In this document: positions 42,344 to 51,827 of the stretch, one piece after another
How positions within the stretch are numbered: the stretch's first letter is position 1
How the letters are laid out: each line of letters opens with the position of its first letter
Assembly (NCBI GenBank): GCA_011170285.1
Contig: DUEE01000023.1
Span: 7,283 to 71,282, forward strand
Source of the DNA: Dehalococcoidia bacterium
Lineage (GTDB): Bacteria > Chloroflexota > Dehalococcoidia > Dehalococcoidales > W498
Reading direction: 5' to 3'
Length of the DNA: 64,000 nt
The notes under the pieces: model-generated
Told to the model about the DNA's origin: nothing
Databases searched by the model: none
The model's input: only the letters and a program-made list of their open reading frames with translations
Position numbers and translations under genes: made by a program

Positions 42344-43093
42344 TTGAGCTTTAATATTGCTGTAGCTGGAAAGGGTGGTACTGGGAAAACATCTGTAGCT
42401 AGTCTCGTCATTCGCTACCTGAAAAAGAATAGCTCGGGACCAATTCTGGCAATTGATGCTGACCCCAATGCCAATCTAGGGGAGAGCCTGGGACTTAGTG
42501 TTAATAAGACGATTGGCTTGATGCTCGATGAATTCCAAAAGGACAAGATAAATATACCTTCTGGAATGACCAAGGAGACTTATCTGCAGTATAAACTAAA
42601 CGAGATTATCGTGGAAGGTAAAGACATTGACCTGATAACGATGGGGAGGGGTGAGGGTCCAGAGTGCTACTGTTACCCTAATCTTATCCTGAGGAAATTC
42701 GCCGATTCCCTGGCTGAAAACTATGCCTATACGGTTATGGACAATGAGGCTGGGATGGAGCATCTGAACCGAAGAACCACTCAGAATATTGACCTGCTTC
42801 TTATAATCTCCGACCATTCAGTGAAGGGGGTACGAACTGTTGCTCGAATAAGAGACCTGGTCGCCGAGCTAAAACTGGTGGTGAAAAAGCAATCGGTGAT
42901 AATCAATTTCGCCCCGACCAATCTGGACCCTCTCGTTGTTGACGCACTAGATAGGCTGGGAATTGAGCCTACAGCTATAATTCCTGAAGACAGGGAGGTA
43001 TATGAGTATGATCTCAAGCTAAAGCCACTGCTTGACCTACCTGATACCTCACAAGCAGTGAAGGTAATTAGTGATTTGATGGCTAATTTGTAA
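42344..43093 (+). CDS. cooC: CooC/AcsF-type Ni-insertion ATPase (paralogue 2)
   Basis: 249 aa with a TTG start, GKGGTGKTS, DADPNANL and CYCYPN. Confidence 0.85.
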   Translation: MSFNIAVAGKGGTGKTSVASLVIRYLKKNSSGPILAIDADPNANLGESLGLSVNKTIGLMLDEFQKDKINIPSGMTKETYLQYKLNEIIVEGKDIDLITMGRGEGPECYCYPNLILRKFADSLAENYAYTVMDNEAGMEHLNRRTTQNIDLLLIISDHSVKGVRTVARIRDLVAELKLVVKKQSVIINFAPTNLDPLVVDALDRLGIEPTAIIPEDREVYEYDLKLKPLLDLPDTSQAVKVISDLMANL

Positions 43094-43136
43094 AGGATTA
43101 GCTTATTGTGTCATAATATTAAAAAAGGAGGCGAAA

Positions 43137-44024
43137 ATGCCAGCACAAATTATTAGCGGAACCGAGATTGCTAAACAGATTCGCCAGGAGCTAAAGCAGG
43201 AAATTACTGAGCTCAAAGATAAGCACAATCTCATACCAGGACTAGTCACTGTCTTGGTGGGCGAGGACCCGGCGTCCCAAGTTTATGTGGGGTCAAAGGT
43301 GAAAACATGTGATGCTTTGGGTGTCTATTCAGAAAGATATGACCTGCCGGCTGAGACCAGTCAGGAAGAACTACTCACCCTGATTGACAAGCTAAATAAA
43401 GACCGAAAGATTCATGGTATTTTAGTCCAGCTACCCCTGCCCAAGCATATCAATGAAACTGAAGTTCTTTATGCCATTGACCCTAAAAAGGATGTTGATG
43501 GCTTTCATCCAGTGAATGTAGGCAAACTAATGATAGGCGAGCCTGACTATTTACCCTGCACTCCTCACGGGATACAGCAGCTTCTAATCCGGTCCGGGGT
43601 TAAGATTGAAGGGGCAGAGGTAGTAGTCGTCGGCAGGAGTAATATCGTGGGCAAACCTATAGCCAATATCCTTATCCAGAAGAAAGAGGGAGCCAATGCC
43701 ACGGTGACTATATGCCACACCCGAACTAAGGATATGGCTTTCCATACCAAGAGGGCTGATATACTAATTGTAGCTGCAGGAAAACCCAAGGCTATTACTG
43801 CCGATATGGTTAAAGAGGGAGTAGTGGTGATTGATGTTGGTGTTAATCGAATAGGAAAGACCCCAGAAGGTAAGGCTATACTGTGCGGAGATGTTGACTT
43901 TGATACAGTTAAGGAGAAGGCTAAAGCCATTAGTCCGGTTCCTGGCGGGGTTGGACCGATGACTATAACTATGCTTATGTTAAACACCGTAAAAGCAGCA
44001 AAAGTATCTGCTGGTCTAGCCTAG
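43137..44024 (+). CDS. folD: bifunctional methylene-THF dehydrogenase/methenyl-THF cyclohydrolase
   Basis: 295 aa with GEDPASQVYV, ILVQLPLP, GRSNIVGKP and PGGVGPMT. Confidence 0.96.
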   Translation: MPAQIISGTEIAKQIRQELKQEITELKDKHNLIPGLVTVLVGEDPASQVYVGSKVKTCDALGVYSERYDLPAETSQEELLTLIDKLNKDRKIHGILVQLPLPKHINETEVLYAIDPKKDVDGFHPVNVGKLMIGEPDYLPCTPHGIQQLLIRSGVKIEGAEVVVVGRSNIVGKPIANILIQKKEGANATVTICHTRTKDMAFHTKRADILIVAAGKPKAITADMVKEGVVVIDVGVNRIGKTPEGKAILCGDVDFDTVKEKAKAISPVPGGVGPMTITMLMLNTVKAAKVSAGLA

Positions 44025-44036
44025 GGAGTGAACAAA

Positions 44037-44258
44037 ATGATGGAATATAAAATTGAAAAAAAGAGTGCACCCAGTGGGGAAGATATAGAAGTGCTGGGAG
44101 CAACCTTTGAGGAGGGTAAACCCGAGGGTGAGGAACCTGGAAAATGGAGACAAAAGCTAGGCGGCAGGAAAGAGAAGCTCAAATATTTGCAAACTGCCGA
44201 GAGATATTGGTATGGAGAAGATTGGTATGGTAGTGAGAAAAGGAGGAACCCAGCTTAG
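44037..44258 (+). CDS. hypothetical small charged protein (about 73 aa)
   Basis: AGGGAG lies 8 nt upstream of the ATG at 44037. Sequence MMEYKIEKKSAPSGEDIEVLGATFEEGKPEGEEPGKWRQKLGG...YWYGEDWYG. I recognise no family, so coding status is uncertain. Confidence 0.35.
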   Translation: MMEYKIEKKSAPSGEDIEVLGATFEEGKPEGEEPGKWRQKLGGRKEKLKYLQTAERYWYGEDWYGSEKRRNPA

Positions 44259-44284
44259 ATAAAGAAGTAAAAAATATCGTTTAA

Positions 44285-44322
44285 AATTCCTAGCTTTGCA
44301 GCTAGGAATTGTTGCTTTTGTT
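44285..44322 (+). terminator. intrinsic terminator/attenuator inside the Wood-Ljungdahl cluster
   Basis: Perfect 11-bp stem AATTCCTAGCT / AGCTAGGAATT, loop TTGC, followed by GTTGCTTTTGTT. Confidence 0.6.
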
Positions 44323-44330
44323 ATGTAAAA

Positions 44331-45302
44331 TTGATAGTGGAGAGGGAGGAAAAATTGGAATTGGAAATTCCAAAGACATTATACAGCGGCAAAATCAAAG
44401 AGATAAAACTGGGTAAGGGGGATAAAGCAGTAACTATTGGCGGAGAGAGCGCTTATCCCTTCTACCTTTTTGAAGGCGAGATGCCAAATCTACCTAAGAT
44501 AGCCATGGAGGTCTGGGACTGTGCCCCTGAGGAGTGGGCTGAAGCCGCTTTAGAGCCTTTTGACGGTGTAACTGATGACCCTGTTGCCTGGGCAAAGAAA
44601 TGTATTAAAGATTATGGAGCAGAGATGATCGCCCTACAACTAATAAGCACCGACCCCAATGGACTTAATCGAGCAGCCGATGAAGCCGCCGAGGTGGTCA
44701 AAAGGGTAGCCGAGGCTATTGATGTTCCCTTAATCGTTTGGGGAACAGCTAATCATGACAAAGATACTGAGGTTCTAAAAAAAGTCTGTGAGAATTGCCA
44801 GGAGAAGAAGCTGATTATCGGACCAGTTGAGGAAGGAGACCACAAAAAGATTGGTGCCGCCGCACTTGCTTATCACCATACAGTGATTTCGTCAACGCCT
44901 ATAGACATAAACCTGGCTAAACAACTAAATATTCTGTTGGGCAATCTTGGTATCCCTGATGAGCTGATTGTGATGGATCCTACCGTCAGCAGCATAGGCT
45001 ATGGTATTGAGTATTGCTACTCAGTAATGGAGAGGGATAGGATGGCAGCATTAACCCAGCAGGATGAAAAGCTCCAGTTCCCTATTATTTGCAATCTGGC
45101 TAAAGAGGTATGGAAGACCAAGGAAGTGCATATTTTAATGGAGGAAGACCCCAAGCTTGGAGACGCCAAGAAGAGGGGTATTTTAATGGAGGCTATGACA
45201 GCTATGGTACTGCTCCTAGGCGGGGCTGATATACTAATCATGAGACACCCTAAAGCAATAGAATTGGCTCGAGAGATGATAACTGAATTAACAGCTTCCT
45301 AG
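44331..45302 (+). CDS. acsD: corrinoid iron-sulfur protein small subunit (AcsD/CdhD)
   Basis: 323 aa from the TTG at 44331. The TTG at 44355, after GGAGAGGGAGG, is an alternative start. It contains YSGKIKEIKLG...VTIGGESAYPFY, the delta-subunit TIM-barrel pattern. Confidence 0.85.
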   Translation: MIVEREEKLELEIPKTLYSGKIKEIKLGKGDKAVTIGGESAYPFYLFEGEMPNLPKIAMEVWDCAPEEWAEAALEPFDGVTDDPVAWAKKCIKDYGAEMIALQLISTDPNGLNRAADEAAEVVKRVAEAIDVPLIVWGTANHDKDTEVLKKVCENCQEKKLIIGPVEEGDHKKIGAAALAYHHTVISSTPIDINLAKQLNILLGNLGIPDELIVMDPTVSSIGYGIEYCYSVMERDRMAALTQQDEKLQFPIICNLAKEVWKTKEVHILMEEDPKLGDAKKRGILMEAMTAMVLLLGGADILIMRHPKAIELAREMITELTAS

Positions 45303-45329
45303 AATAAACATGGAAGGGGTGATAGTAAG

Positions 45330-47297
45330 ATGGAAGAAGCAGAAACCAAGAGTATTGATAAAGCTAGTATTAAGATGATAGATAAAGCGGCCAATGATGG
45401 GGTTAACACCGTCTTTGATAGGGCTGAAGCAATGAAACCCTGCCCCATAGGGATGGTTGGCAGTTGCTGTAAGCACTGCGGGATGGGACCTTGCCGCGTG
45501 CCCCTACCCAAAGGAAAAGTGGAAACCCCAGAGGAGAAACAAAAGAGGAGAGGCATATGCGGGGCAACTAGTGAGACCATCGCCGCTCGTAATTTTATAC
45601 GGATGGTGGCCGGTGGAGCAGCGGCTCACTCTGACCATGGTCGGGGGGTAGCTGAAGTCTTCCTAGCAGTAGCTAAAGGTGAGGCTCCAGGCTACGAGAT
45701 TATAGACGAGCAGAAATTACTGCAACTGGCTCTGGACTGGGGTATTGAAATCAGTGAGCGCAGCAACCAGGAAATAGCCGTTGATATTGGTGCAAAGGCT
45801 TTGAATGAATTTGGCAAGCAGGAGGGCGAGATTTTGTTCCTACGAAGGGCACCGCTGAAACGCCAAGAATTATGGCGGCGGGAGGGGGTTGCCCCTAGGG
45901 GTATAGATAGAGAAATTGTAGAGATAATGCACCGCACCCATATTGGGGTTGACCAGGACTACCAAAATCTGCTTCGCCAGGGAGTCAGGGCATCTATAGC
46001 TGATGGCTGGGGTGGTAGCATGATTGCTACCGAACTACAAGACATCCTTTTTGGTACTCCAGAACCGGTGCTAGGCAGGATAAACCTAGGGGTGCTTAAT
46101 CGGGACGAGGTAAACCTTATCATTCACGGTCACGAGCCACTACTTTCTGAGATGATTGTAGTTACTGCTCAAGAACCTGAGATGGTAGAGCTGGCTAAAT
46201 CTAAGGGGGCTAAAGGAATAAACATAGCTGGTATGTGTTGCACCGCCAATGAAATATTAATGCGCCACGGCATCCCTATAGCTGGGAACTTCCTGCAACA
46301 GGAGCTAGCTATAGTTACCGGGGCAGTGGATGCTATGATAGTAGATGTTCAGTGTATTATGCAATCCTTAACCACTGTAGCTGAGTGTTACCATACTAAG
46401 ATTATCACCACCTCACCCAAGGCTAAGATTCCCGGTGCTACCCATATTGAGTTTGATGAGCACAATGCTATGGAGTCGGCTAGAGCTATAGTCAAGATGG
46501 CTATTAATAATTTCCCCAATAGAGGAAGTAATGTTGATATCCCTGAAGAGCAGACTGACCTCATCGCTGGATTCAGCCATGAGACCATTAACTACCTACT
46601 GGGCGGTCTGTTCCGGGCTTCCTACCGACCATTAAATGATAATATCATCAATGGTAGGATTAGAGGGGTAGCTGGTGTCGTCGGCTGCAATAATGCCCGA
46701 GTTAAACACAACTACGCTCACATTACCATGATTAAGGAACTTATCAAGAATGATGTATTGGTGCTTCAAACTGGTTGTAGTGCCATAGCCTCTGCTGAAG
46801 CTGGGCTAATGACTCCCGAGGCAGCATCAAAATATGCTGGTGAGGGGCTGGCTTCAGTGTGCGAAACAGTCGGTATTCCGCCAGTATTACACATGGGTTC
46901 CTGTGTTGATAACAGCCGAATCTTAATGGCAGCGACCGCCATGGTAAAGGATGGTGGCTTGGGTGATGACATCAGTGACCTGCCTGTAGCCGGGGCTGCC
47001 CCTGAATGGATGAGCGAGAAGGCAATTTCTATTGGTCAATACTTTGTTGGATCAGGAGTATTTACCGTGTTTGGCGTCAACTGGCCTACCCTAGGCAGTA
47101 ACGAAGTAAGTAAATTTTTATTCCAGGATTTTGAAGCTATGTATGGTGGAATGTGGGCATTTGAACCTGACCCGCTTAAAGCCGCCAACCTTATGATTGA
47201 ACACATCGACCAGAAGCGTAAGGCCTTAGGTATTGATAAGGCTAGAGAGAGAATACTCTACGATATGACAATGAGAAGAGAGCTGGAAGCAGTGTAA
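45330..47297 (+). CDS. acsA: anaerobic carbon-monoxide dehydrogenase catalytic subunit
   Basis: 655 aa with N-terminal cluster cysteines CPIGMVGSCCKHCGMGPCRV and downstream GHEP, GMCCTANE and GSCVDN motifs. Confidence 0.93.
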   Translation: MEEAETKSIDKASIKMIDKAANDGVNTVFDRAEAMKPCPIGMVGSCCKHCGMGPCRVPLPKGKVETPEEKQKRRGICGATSETIAARNFIRMVAGGAAAHSDHGRGVAEVFLAVAKGEAPGYEIIDEQKLLQLALDWGIEISERSNQEIAVDIGAKALNEFGKQEGEILFLRRAPLKRQELWRREGVAPRGIDREIVEIMHRTHIGVDQDYQNLLRQGVRASIADGWGGSMIATELQDILFGTPEPVLGRINLGVLNRDEVNLIIHGHEPLLSEMIVVTAQEPEMVELAKSKGAKGINIAGMCCTANEILMRHGIPIAGNFLQQELAIVTGAVDAMIVDVQCIMQSLTTVAECYHTKIITTSPKAKIPGATHIEFDEHNAMESARAIVKMAINNFPNRGSNVDIPEEQTDLIAGFSHETINYLLGGLFRASYRPLNDNIINGRIRGVAGVVGCNNARVKHNYAHITMIKELIKNDVLVLQTGCSAIASAEAGLMTPEAASKYAGEGLASVCETVGIPPVLHMGSCVDNSRILMAATAMVKDGGLGDDISDLPVAGAAPEWMSEKAISIGQYFVGSGVFTVFGVNWPTLGSNEVSKFLFQDFEAMYGGMWAFEPDPLKAANLMIEHIDQKRKALGIDKARERILYDMTMRRELEAV

Positions 47298-47333
47298 TTA
47301 CCAAGATAATAAAAAGAAAACGAGGATTGAAAT

Positions 47334-49541
47334 ATGTCTAAAATTATTGCATCAGCAGCTATCAGAGGGGCTGATAAAATTGTAAACCGAGCTGAGGAGA
47401 AGTGGCAGCAGGCAATGGATAGGTGGGGAATGAATGAACAGGTGGGCTTTCCTAACACTGCCTATTATCTACCAGTAATTTATGGGATTTTAGGTATTAA
47501 GGTGGAAAAGCTAGGTGATATGGAACAGATACTAAAAAAGTGTAAATCCCTGCTACCTCCTCCAGTAAGGGGACAATGCCCTTTGCCCTATCTAGCACCA
47601 GCCCTTGATGCCGGAATGGCAACCTTCTTTGCCGATGAGATTATTGAAGCCATAAGATACCTAGAGGAACCTGATTTCTATAATAAGCAGGAAGACCCTA
47701 CTGATACTAACATCTGGTTAGGTGCCGCCGATGATGTAATCCTCAGAAAGAGGGGGATTGAATTCGTTGATGGCACTGCTCCAGGCTTTGCTGCTGTCCT
47801 GGGTGCGGTCCCAACTAATGAAATAGCTGTCAAAATTGCCAACGAACTTCAGCAGAAGAACCTATATGTCTTTATGTGCGCCGAGTATAACGGGAAGAGG
47901 TTCTCTGAGCAGCTTGTGGAGGCAGGAGTACAGATTGGGTGGTCAGTTAGGTTGGTACCCTTTGGTCCTGATGTTACCGCCGCTGTATTTGCCGCTGGCT
48001 TTGCCACCAGGGCAGCTCTTTCCTTCGGCGGCATTGAGCCTGGCGATTTCAGAAAAATCCTTATCTACAATAAAGATCGTATCTTCGCTTTCGCTCTACC
48101 TCTGGGTTTTGTTACCGATGAGTGGTACGCCCAGGCGTTGGGCTGTGTCAACTATGGCTTTCCCATTATCGCCGATACTCCGATACCTGAGATTTTGCCT
48201 ACCGGGGTGTGTACCTACGAGCATGTTGTCTCCAATATTCCCTACGATAAGATAGTGTCTAAGGCAGTAGAGGTAAGAGGAGTGAAGATTATTGTGGCTG
48301 AGGTGCCGATCCCAGTAGCCTTCGGCCCCGCCTTTGAGGGTGAGAGGGTTCGGAAGGGGGAATGGTATCTGGAGTGTGGCGGCGGCAGAACACCTATGGT
48401 TGAGTGGGTTACCAGCAAGCGGATGGAAGAGATAGAGGATGGGAAGATTGAAGTGCTCGGTCCTGAGATAGCTGATATCCCTGATGAGTCCCGTTTACCT
48501 TTAGCTATAGTTGTTGAGGTTGCCGGTAGAGAGATGGAGGAAGACTACGAACCTATCTTGGAACGACAGGTTCACCATTCTATAAACTACGCCCAAGGGA
48601 TATGGCATATAGGTCAGAGGGATATTGCCTGGCTTAGAATCACTAAATCGGCGAAGGAAAAAGGGTTCAGGCTATATCATATTGGCACTCTTCTCCATGC
48701 CAAACTGCATCAGGACTTTGGTCGGATATTTGATAAGATGCAGGTAAAACTCTACACCGAGGAGGACAAGGTAAAGGAGATAATAGAACGAGCCAAGGCA
48801 ACTTATGCGCTCCGAGATGCCCGCATCGAAGGGATGACCGATGAAAGTACTGATACATATTACTCATGCACCCTATGTCAGTCATTTGCCCCCAACCATG
48901 TATGTGTCATTACGCCAGAAAAAACTGGGCTTTGTGGTTCCTATAACTGGATGGACTGTAAGGCTGCTTACGAGATTAATCCTACCGGACCTAATCAACC
49001 GGTGCCCAAGGGGGAAACCATTGATGCCAAGCTTGGACAATGGAAAGGGGTAAATGAGTTTATTTATAAGGCTTCTCGTGGAAACCTAGACCACTATAAC
49101 ATGTATAGCATAGTATATGATCCGTGGACTACCTGCGGCTGCTGCGAGTGTGTTGCCGCTGTCCTTCCTCTGTGCAATGGGGTGATGACGGTTAATCGGG
49201 AGTATAATGGGGAAACCCCTTGCGGGATGAAGTTCACCACTCTCGCCGGCACTATCGGTGGCGGAGTTAGCACTCCCGGCTTTGTTGGTCACGGCAAGTA
49301 TAATACCTGCCAGAGGAAATTCCTTATAGCTGACGGTGGCTTATTAAGAATGGTCTGGATGCCCAAGATGCTGAAGGAGGAGATTGCTGAGCGGCTTAAA
49401 GCCAGGTCTGAGGAGCTAGGTGTCCCTGACCTACTTGATATGATTGCTGACGAGACGATAGGCACCACCGAAGAGGAGATTCTACCCTTCTTGCAAGAGA
49501 AAGGGCACCCAGCACTTACTATGGACCCCATACTAGGCTAA
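47334..49541 (+). CDS. acsB: acetyl-CoA synthase (CO-methylating), ACS alpha subunit
   Basis: 735 aa with the A-cluster region CTLCQSFAPNHVCVITPE...GLCG and WTTCGCCECV. Confidence 0.95.
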   Translation: MSKIIASAAIRGADKIVNRAEEKWQQAMDRWGMNEQVGFPNTAYYLPVIYGILGIKVEKLGDMEQILKKCKSLLPPPVRGQCPLPYLAPALDAGMATFFADEIIEAIRYLEEPDFYNKQEDPTDTNIWLGAADDVILRKRGIEFVDGTAPGFAAVLGAVPTNEIAVKIANELQQKNLYVFMCAEYNGKRFSEQLVEAGVQIGWSVRLVPFGPDVTAAVFAAGFATRAALSFGGIEPGDFRKILIYNKDRIFAFALPLGFVTDEWYAQALGCVNYGFPIIADTPIPEILPTGVCTYEHVVSNIPYDKIVSKAVEVRGVKIIVAEVPIPVAFGPAFEGERVRKGEWYLECGGGRTPMVEWVTSKRMEEIEDGKIEVLGPEIADIPDESRLPLAIVVEVAGREMEEDYEPILERQVHHSINYAQGIWHIGQRDIAWLRITKSAKEKGFRLYHIGTLLHAKLHQDFGRIFDKMQVKLYTEEDKVKEIIERAKATYALRDARIEGMTDESTDTYYSCTLCQSFAPNHVCVITPEKTGLCGSYNWMDCKAAYEINPTGPNQPVPKGETIDAKLGQWKGVNEFIYKASRGNLDHYNMYSIVYDPWTTCGCCECVAAVLPLCNGVMTVNREYNGETPCGMKFTTLAGTIGGGVSTPGFVGHGKYNTCQRKFLIADGGLLRMVWMPKMLKEEIAERLKARSEELGVPDLLDMIADETIGTTEEEILPFLQEKGHPALTMDPILG

Positions 49542-49556
49542 GAAAGGAGTTTAACG

Positions 49557-50903
49557 GTGCCCCTTACAGGAATAGAGATATTCAAGTTACTCCCCAAGAC
49601 GAACTGTAAGGAATGCGGAGAGCCTACTTGTCTCGCTTTCGCTATGAAATTAGCTGCGGGTAAGGCAGAGTTAAATGCCTGTCCCTATGTCTCTGAGGAG
49701 GCAAAAGTTAAACTAGCCGAGGCATCGGCACCTCCTATTCTACCGGTTACTATCGGAGTCGGGGACAGGGCACTAAAGATTGGCAGCGAGACAGTTATGT
49801 TTCGCCACGAAAAAAGGTTTGAGAACCCTCCCGGCTTTGCCATCCTTATCACTGATACTATGGAGGAGGCCGAGGTCAATGCCAGATTGGAGAGGTTCAG
49901 CCAACTCCAATATAAGAGGGTTGGACTCACTCTCCGTCCGGAACTGGTAGCAGCAAAGGATGAATCGGGAGATGCCAGTAAATTTGAGGCTTTAGTTAAT
50001 AAAGTAAAGCAAAATAGTAGCAGCGGCATTATCCTGATGAGCAGTAATCCAGATATTCTGGCTGCTGGTTTAAAGGCTTGCGCTGATTGGAAACCACTAA
50101 TATACGCCGCTACTGAAGATAATATGGCTAGGGTAGTCGATTTAGCTAAGGAGCATTCGTGCCCGGTAGCAGCCAAAGCCTCAAGCTTGGAGAAACTCGC
50201 CCAACTGACTGCTAAATTGACCGAGGCGGGGGCTAAAGATATCATTCTTGATTCCGGGGCAAGGACTGTTCGCCGCGCATTTGAGGAACAGTTAATCATC
50301 AGAAACGCCGCCTTAAATAAAAAGTTTCGCCCCCTGGGTTTTCCTACCATCGTTTTTCCCTGCGAGATGACTGGTGACCCGATGAAGGAGGCGGTAATTG
50401 CCTCTATGTTTGTGGCTAAATATGGGGGTATTATCGTTCTTTCTGATTTTCAGGGAGAAAGCCTGTTCCCCCTGCTCGTAGAAAGGATGAACATCTATAC
50501 TGATCCCCAACGACCACTGGCGACCACAGAGGGCATATATGAGATTGGCAGTCCTGATGAAAAGTCACCGGTGCTTATTACCACCAACTTTTCGCTTACC
50601 TACTTTATTGTCTCCGGCGAAATAGAAACGAGCAAGGTTCACAGTTACCTCCTGGTAAAAGACACCGAAGGTCTTTCGGTTATGACCGCCTGGGCAGCAG
50701 GGAAATTTGTGTCTGATACTATTGCCCCTTTTGTTAAGAAATGTGGTATTGGAGATAAGGTTAAACACCGTAAGTTAATAATCCCGGGATATGCTGCCGC
50801 TGAAAGTGGCGGTTTGGAAGAAGAATTATCCGGCTGGGAGATTCTAATTGGTCCCAGAAATGCGGCTCATATCCCAGCCTACCTCAAGACATGGAAGCCA
50901 TAA
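49557..50903 (+). CDS. acsC: corrinoid iron-sulfur protein large subunit (AcsC/CdhE)
   Basis: 448 aa with a GTG start after AAGGAG and the N-terminal 4Fe-4S motif CKECGEPTCLAFAMKLA...C. Confidence 0.93.
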   Translation: MPLTGIEIFKLLPKTNCKECGEPTCLAFAMKLAAGKAELNACPYVSEEAKVKLAEASAPPILPVTIGVGDRALKIGSETVMFRHEKRFENPPGFAILITDTMEEAEVNARLERFSQLQYKRVGLTLRPELVAAKDESGDASKFEALVNKVKQNSSSGIILMSSNPDILAAGLKACADWKPLIYAATEDNMARVVDLAKEHSCPVAAKASSLEKLAQLTAKLTEAGAKDIILDSGARTVRRAFEEQLIIRNAALNKKFRPLGFPTIVFPCEMTGDPMKEAVIASMFVAKYGGIIVLSDFQGESLFPLLVERMNIYTDPQRPLATTEGIYEIGSPDEKSPVLITTNFSLTYFIVSGEIETSKVHSYLLVKDTEGLSVMTAWAAGKFVSDTIAPFVKKCGIGDKVKHRKLIIPGYAAAESGGLEEELSGWEILIGPRNAAHIPAYLKTWKP

Positions 50904-50914
50904 GGAGAGGGAAG

Positions 50915-51790
50915 ATGATCCTTATCGGGGAAAATATAAATATTATGTCAAATATTATTGGCCCTGCACTGAGGGAGAGAAACCCCAAACCTATTCAGGA
51001 ACTAGCCAAGGCTGAGACTAAGACTGGGGTGAATTATCTCAACCTCAGTATTGGTCCGGCGCGCAAGGCAGGGGATGAGTTGATGGAATGGGTGGTAAAG
51101 ACAGTGCAAGAGGTTACCAATTTGCCCCTATCCCTGGATACGACAAATCCAGTAGCTATGGAAGCTGGACTAAGGGTGCGCCAAGGCAGGGCATTGATTA
51201 ATTCTATCTCCCTAACCAGGATGGAGGAGGAACTTCCTCTGGTCAAGAAATATAACGCTGACATGGTTGGGCTGCTGTGGGGAAGAGAGGGAATGCCTCG
51301 GGATGCCGCTGAGAGAGGGGTTATAGCCGTTGAGCTTGCCTATAGAGCCAATGAAATGGGTATTCCTAATGAGGGCATCTGGTTCGACCCTATAGTAACC
51401 CCGGTGGTTAATGTGGATACAAACCAGGTGAAACCCTGCCTAGAATTTATGAATATGCTGCAAGATATTGCCCCCGGGTGCAAATCTACCGTGGGCTTAT
51501 CTAATATATCCAATGGCACTCCTACCCACCTCCGACCCTATCTTAACCAGACTTATTTGATGATACTTATGAAGTATGGACTTTATTCAGCTATAGTTGA
51601 TGCCTTTGACTCTGAACTGATAAAGATAGCCAAAGGCGAGAAGCCTGAACTTGTTGACCTGGTTAATCGGGTAATGGATGGTGAGAAACCTGACCTCTCG
51701 TCTCTAACCGAGGAAGAGGTAAGATATGTGAAAACGGTCAGGGTTCTGACTGGGGAATCACTCTACTCCCACTCCTGGCTTGAGATATAG
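50915..51790 (+). CDS. acsE: methyltetrahydrofolate:corrinoid/Fe-S protein methyltransferase
   Basis: The start is re-set to ATG at 50915 after AAGGAGAGGG (MILIGENINI...). Pterin-binding TIM-barrel pattern with LSLDTTN and GLSNIS.G. Confidence 0.9.
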   Translation: MILIGENINIMSNIIGPALRERNPKPIQELAKAETKTGVNYLNLSIGPARKAGDELMEWVVKTVQEVTNLPLSLDTTNPVAMEAGLRVRQGRALINSISLTRMEEELPLVKKYNADMVGLLWGREGMPRDAAERGVIAVELAYRANEMGIPNEGIWFDPIVTPVVNVDTNQVKPCLEFMNMLQDIAPGCKSTVGLSNISNGTPTHLRPYLNQTYLMILMKYGLYSAIVDAFDSELIKIAKGEKPELVDLVNRVMDGEKPDLSSLTEEEVRYVKTVRVLTGESLYSHSWLEI

Positions 51791-51827
51791 TGTCAACCGG
51801 CTAAATAAAGTTTACGGTGACCACTGA

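Noticed and set aside
49685-50350. 221-aa minus-strand ORF inside acsC
   Set aside because: It is antisense to a well-supported AcsC frame. Its translation is low-complexity and Ser/Ala/Leu-rich with no motifs.
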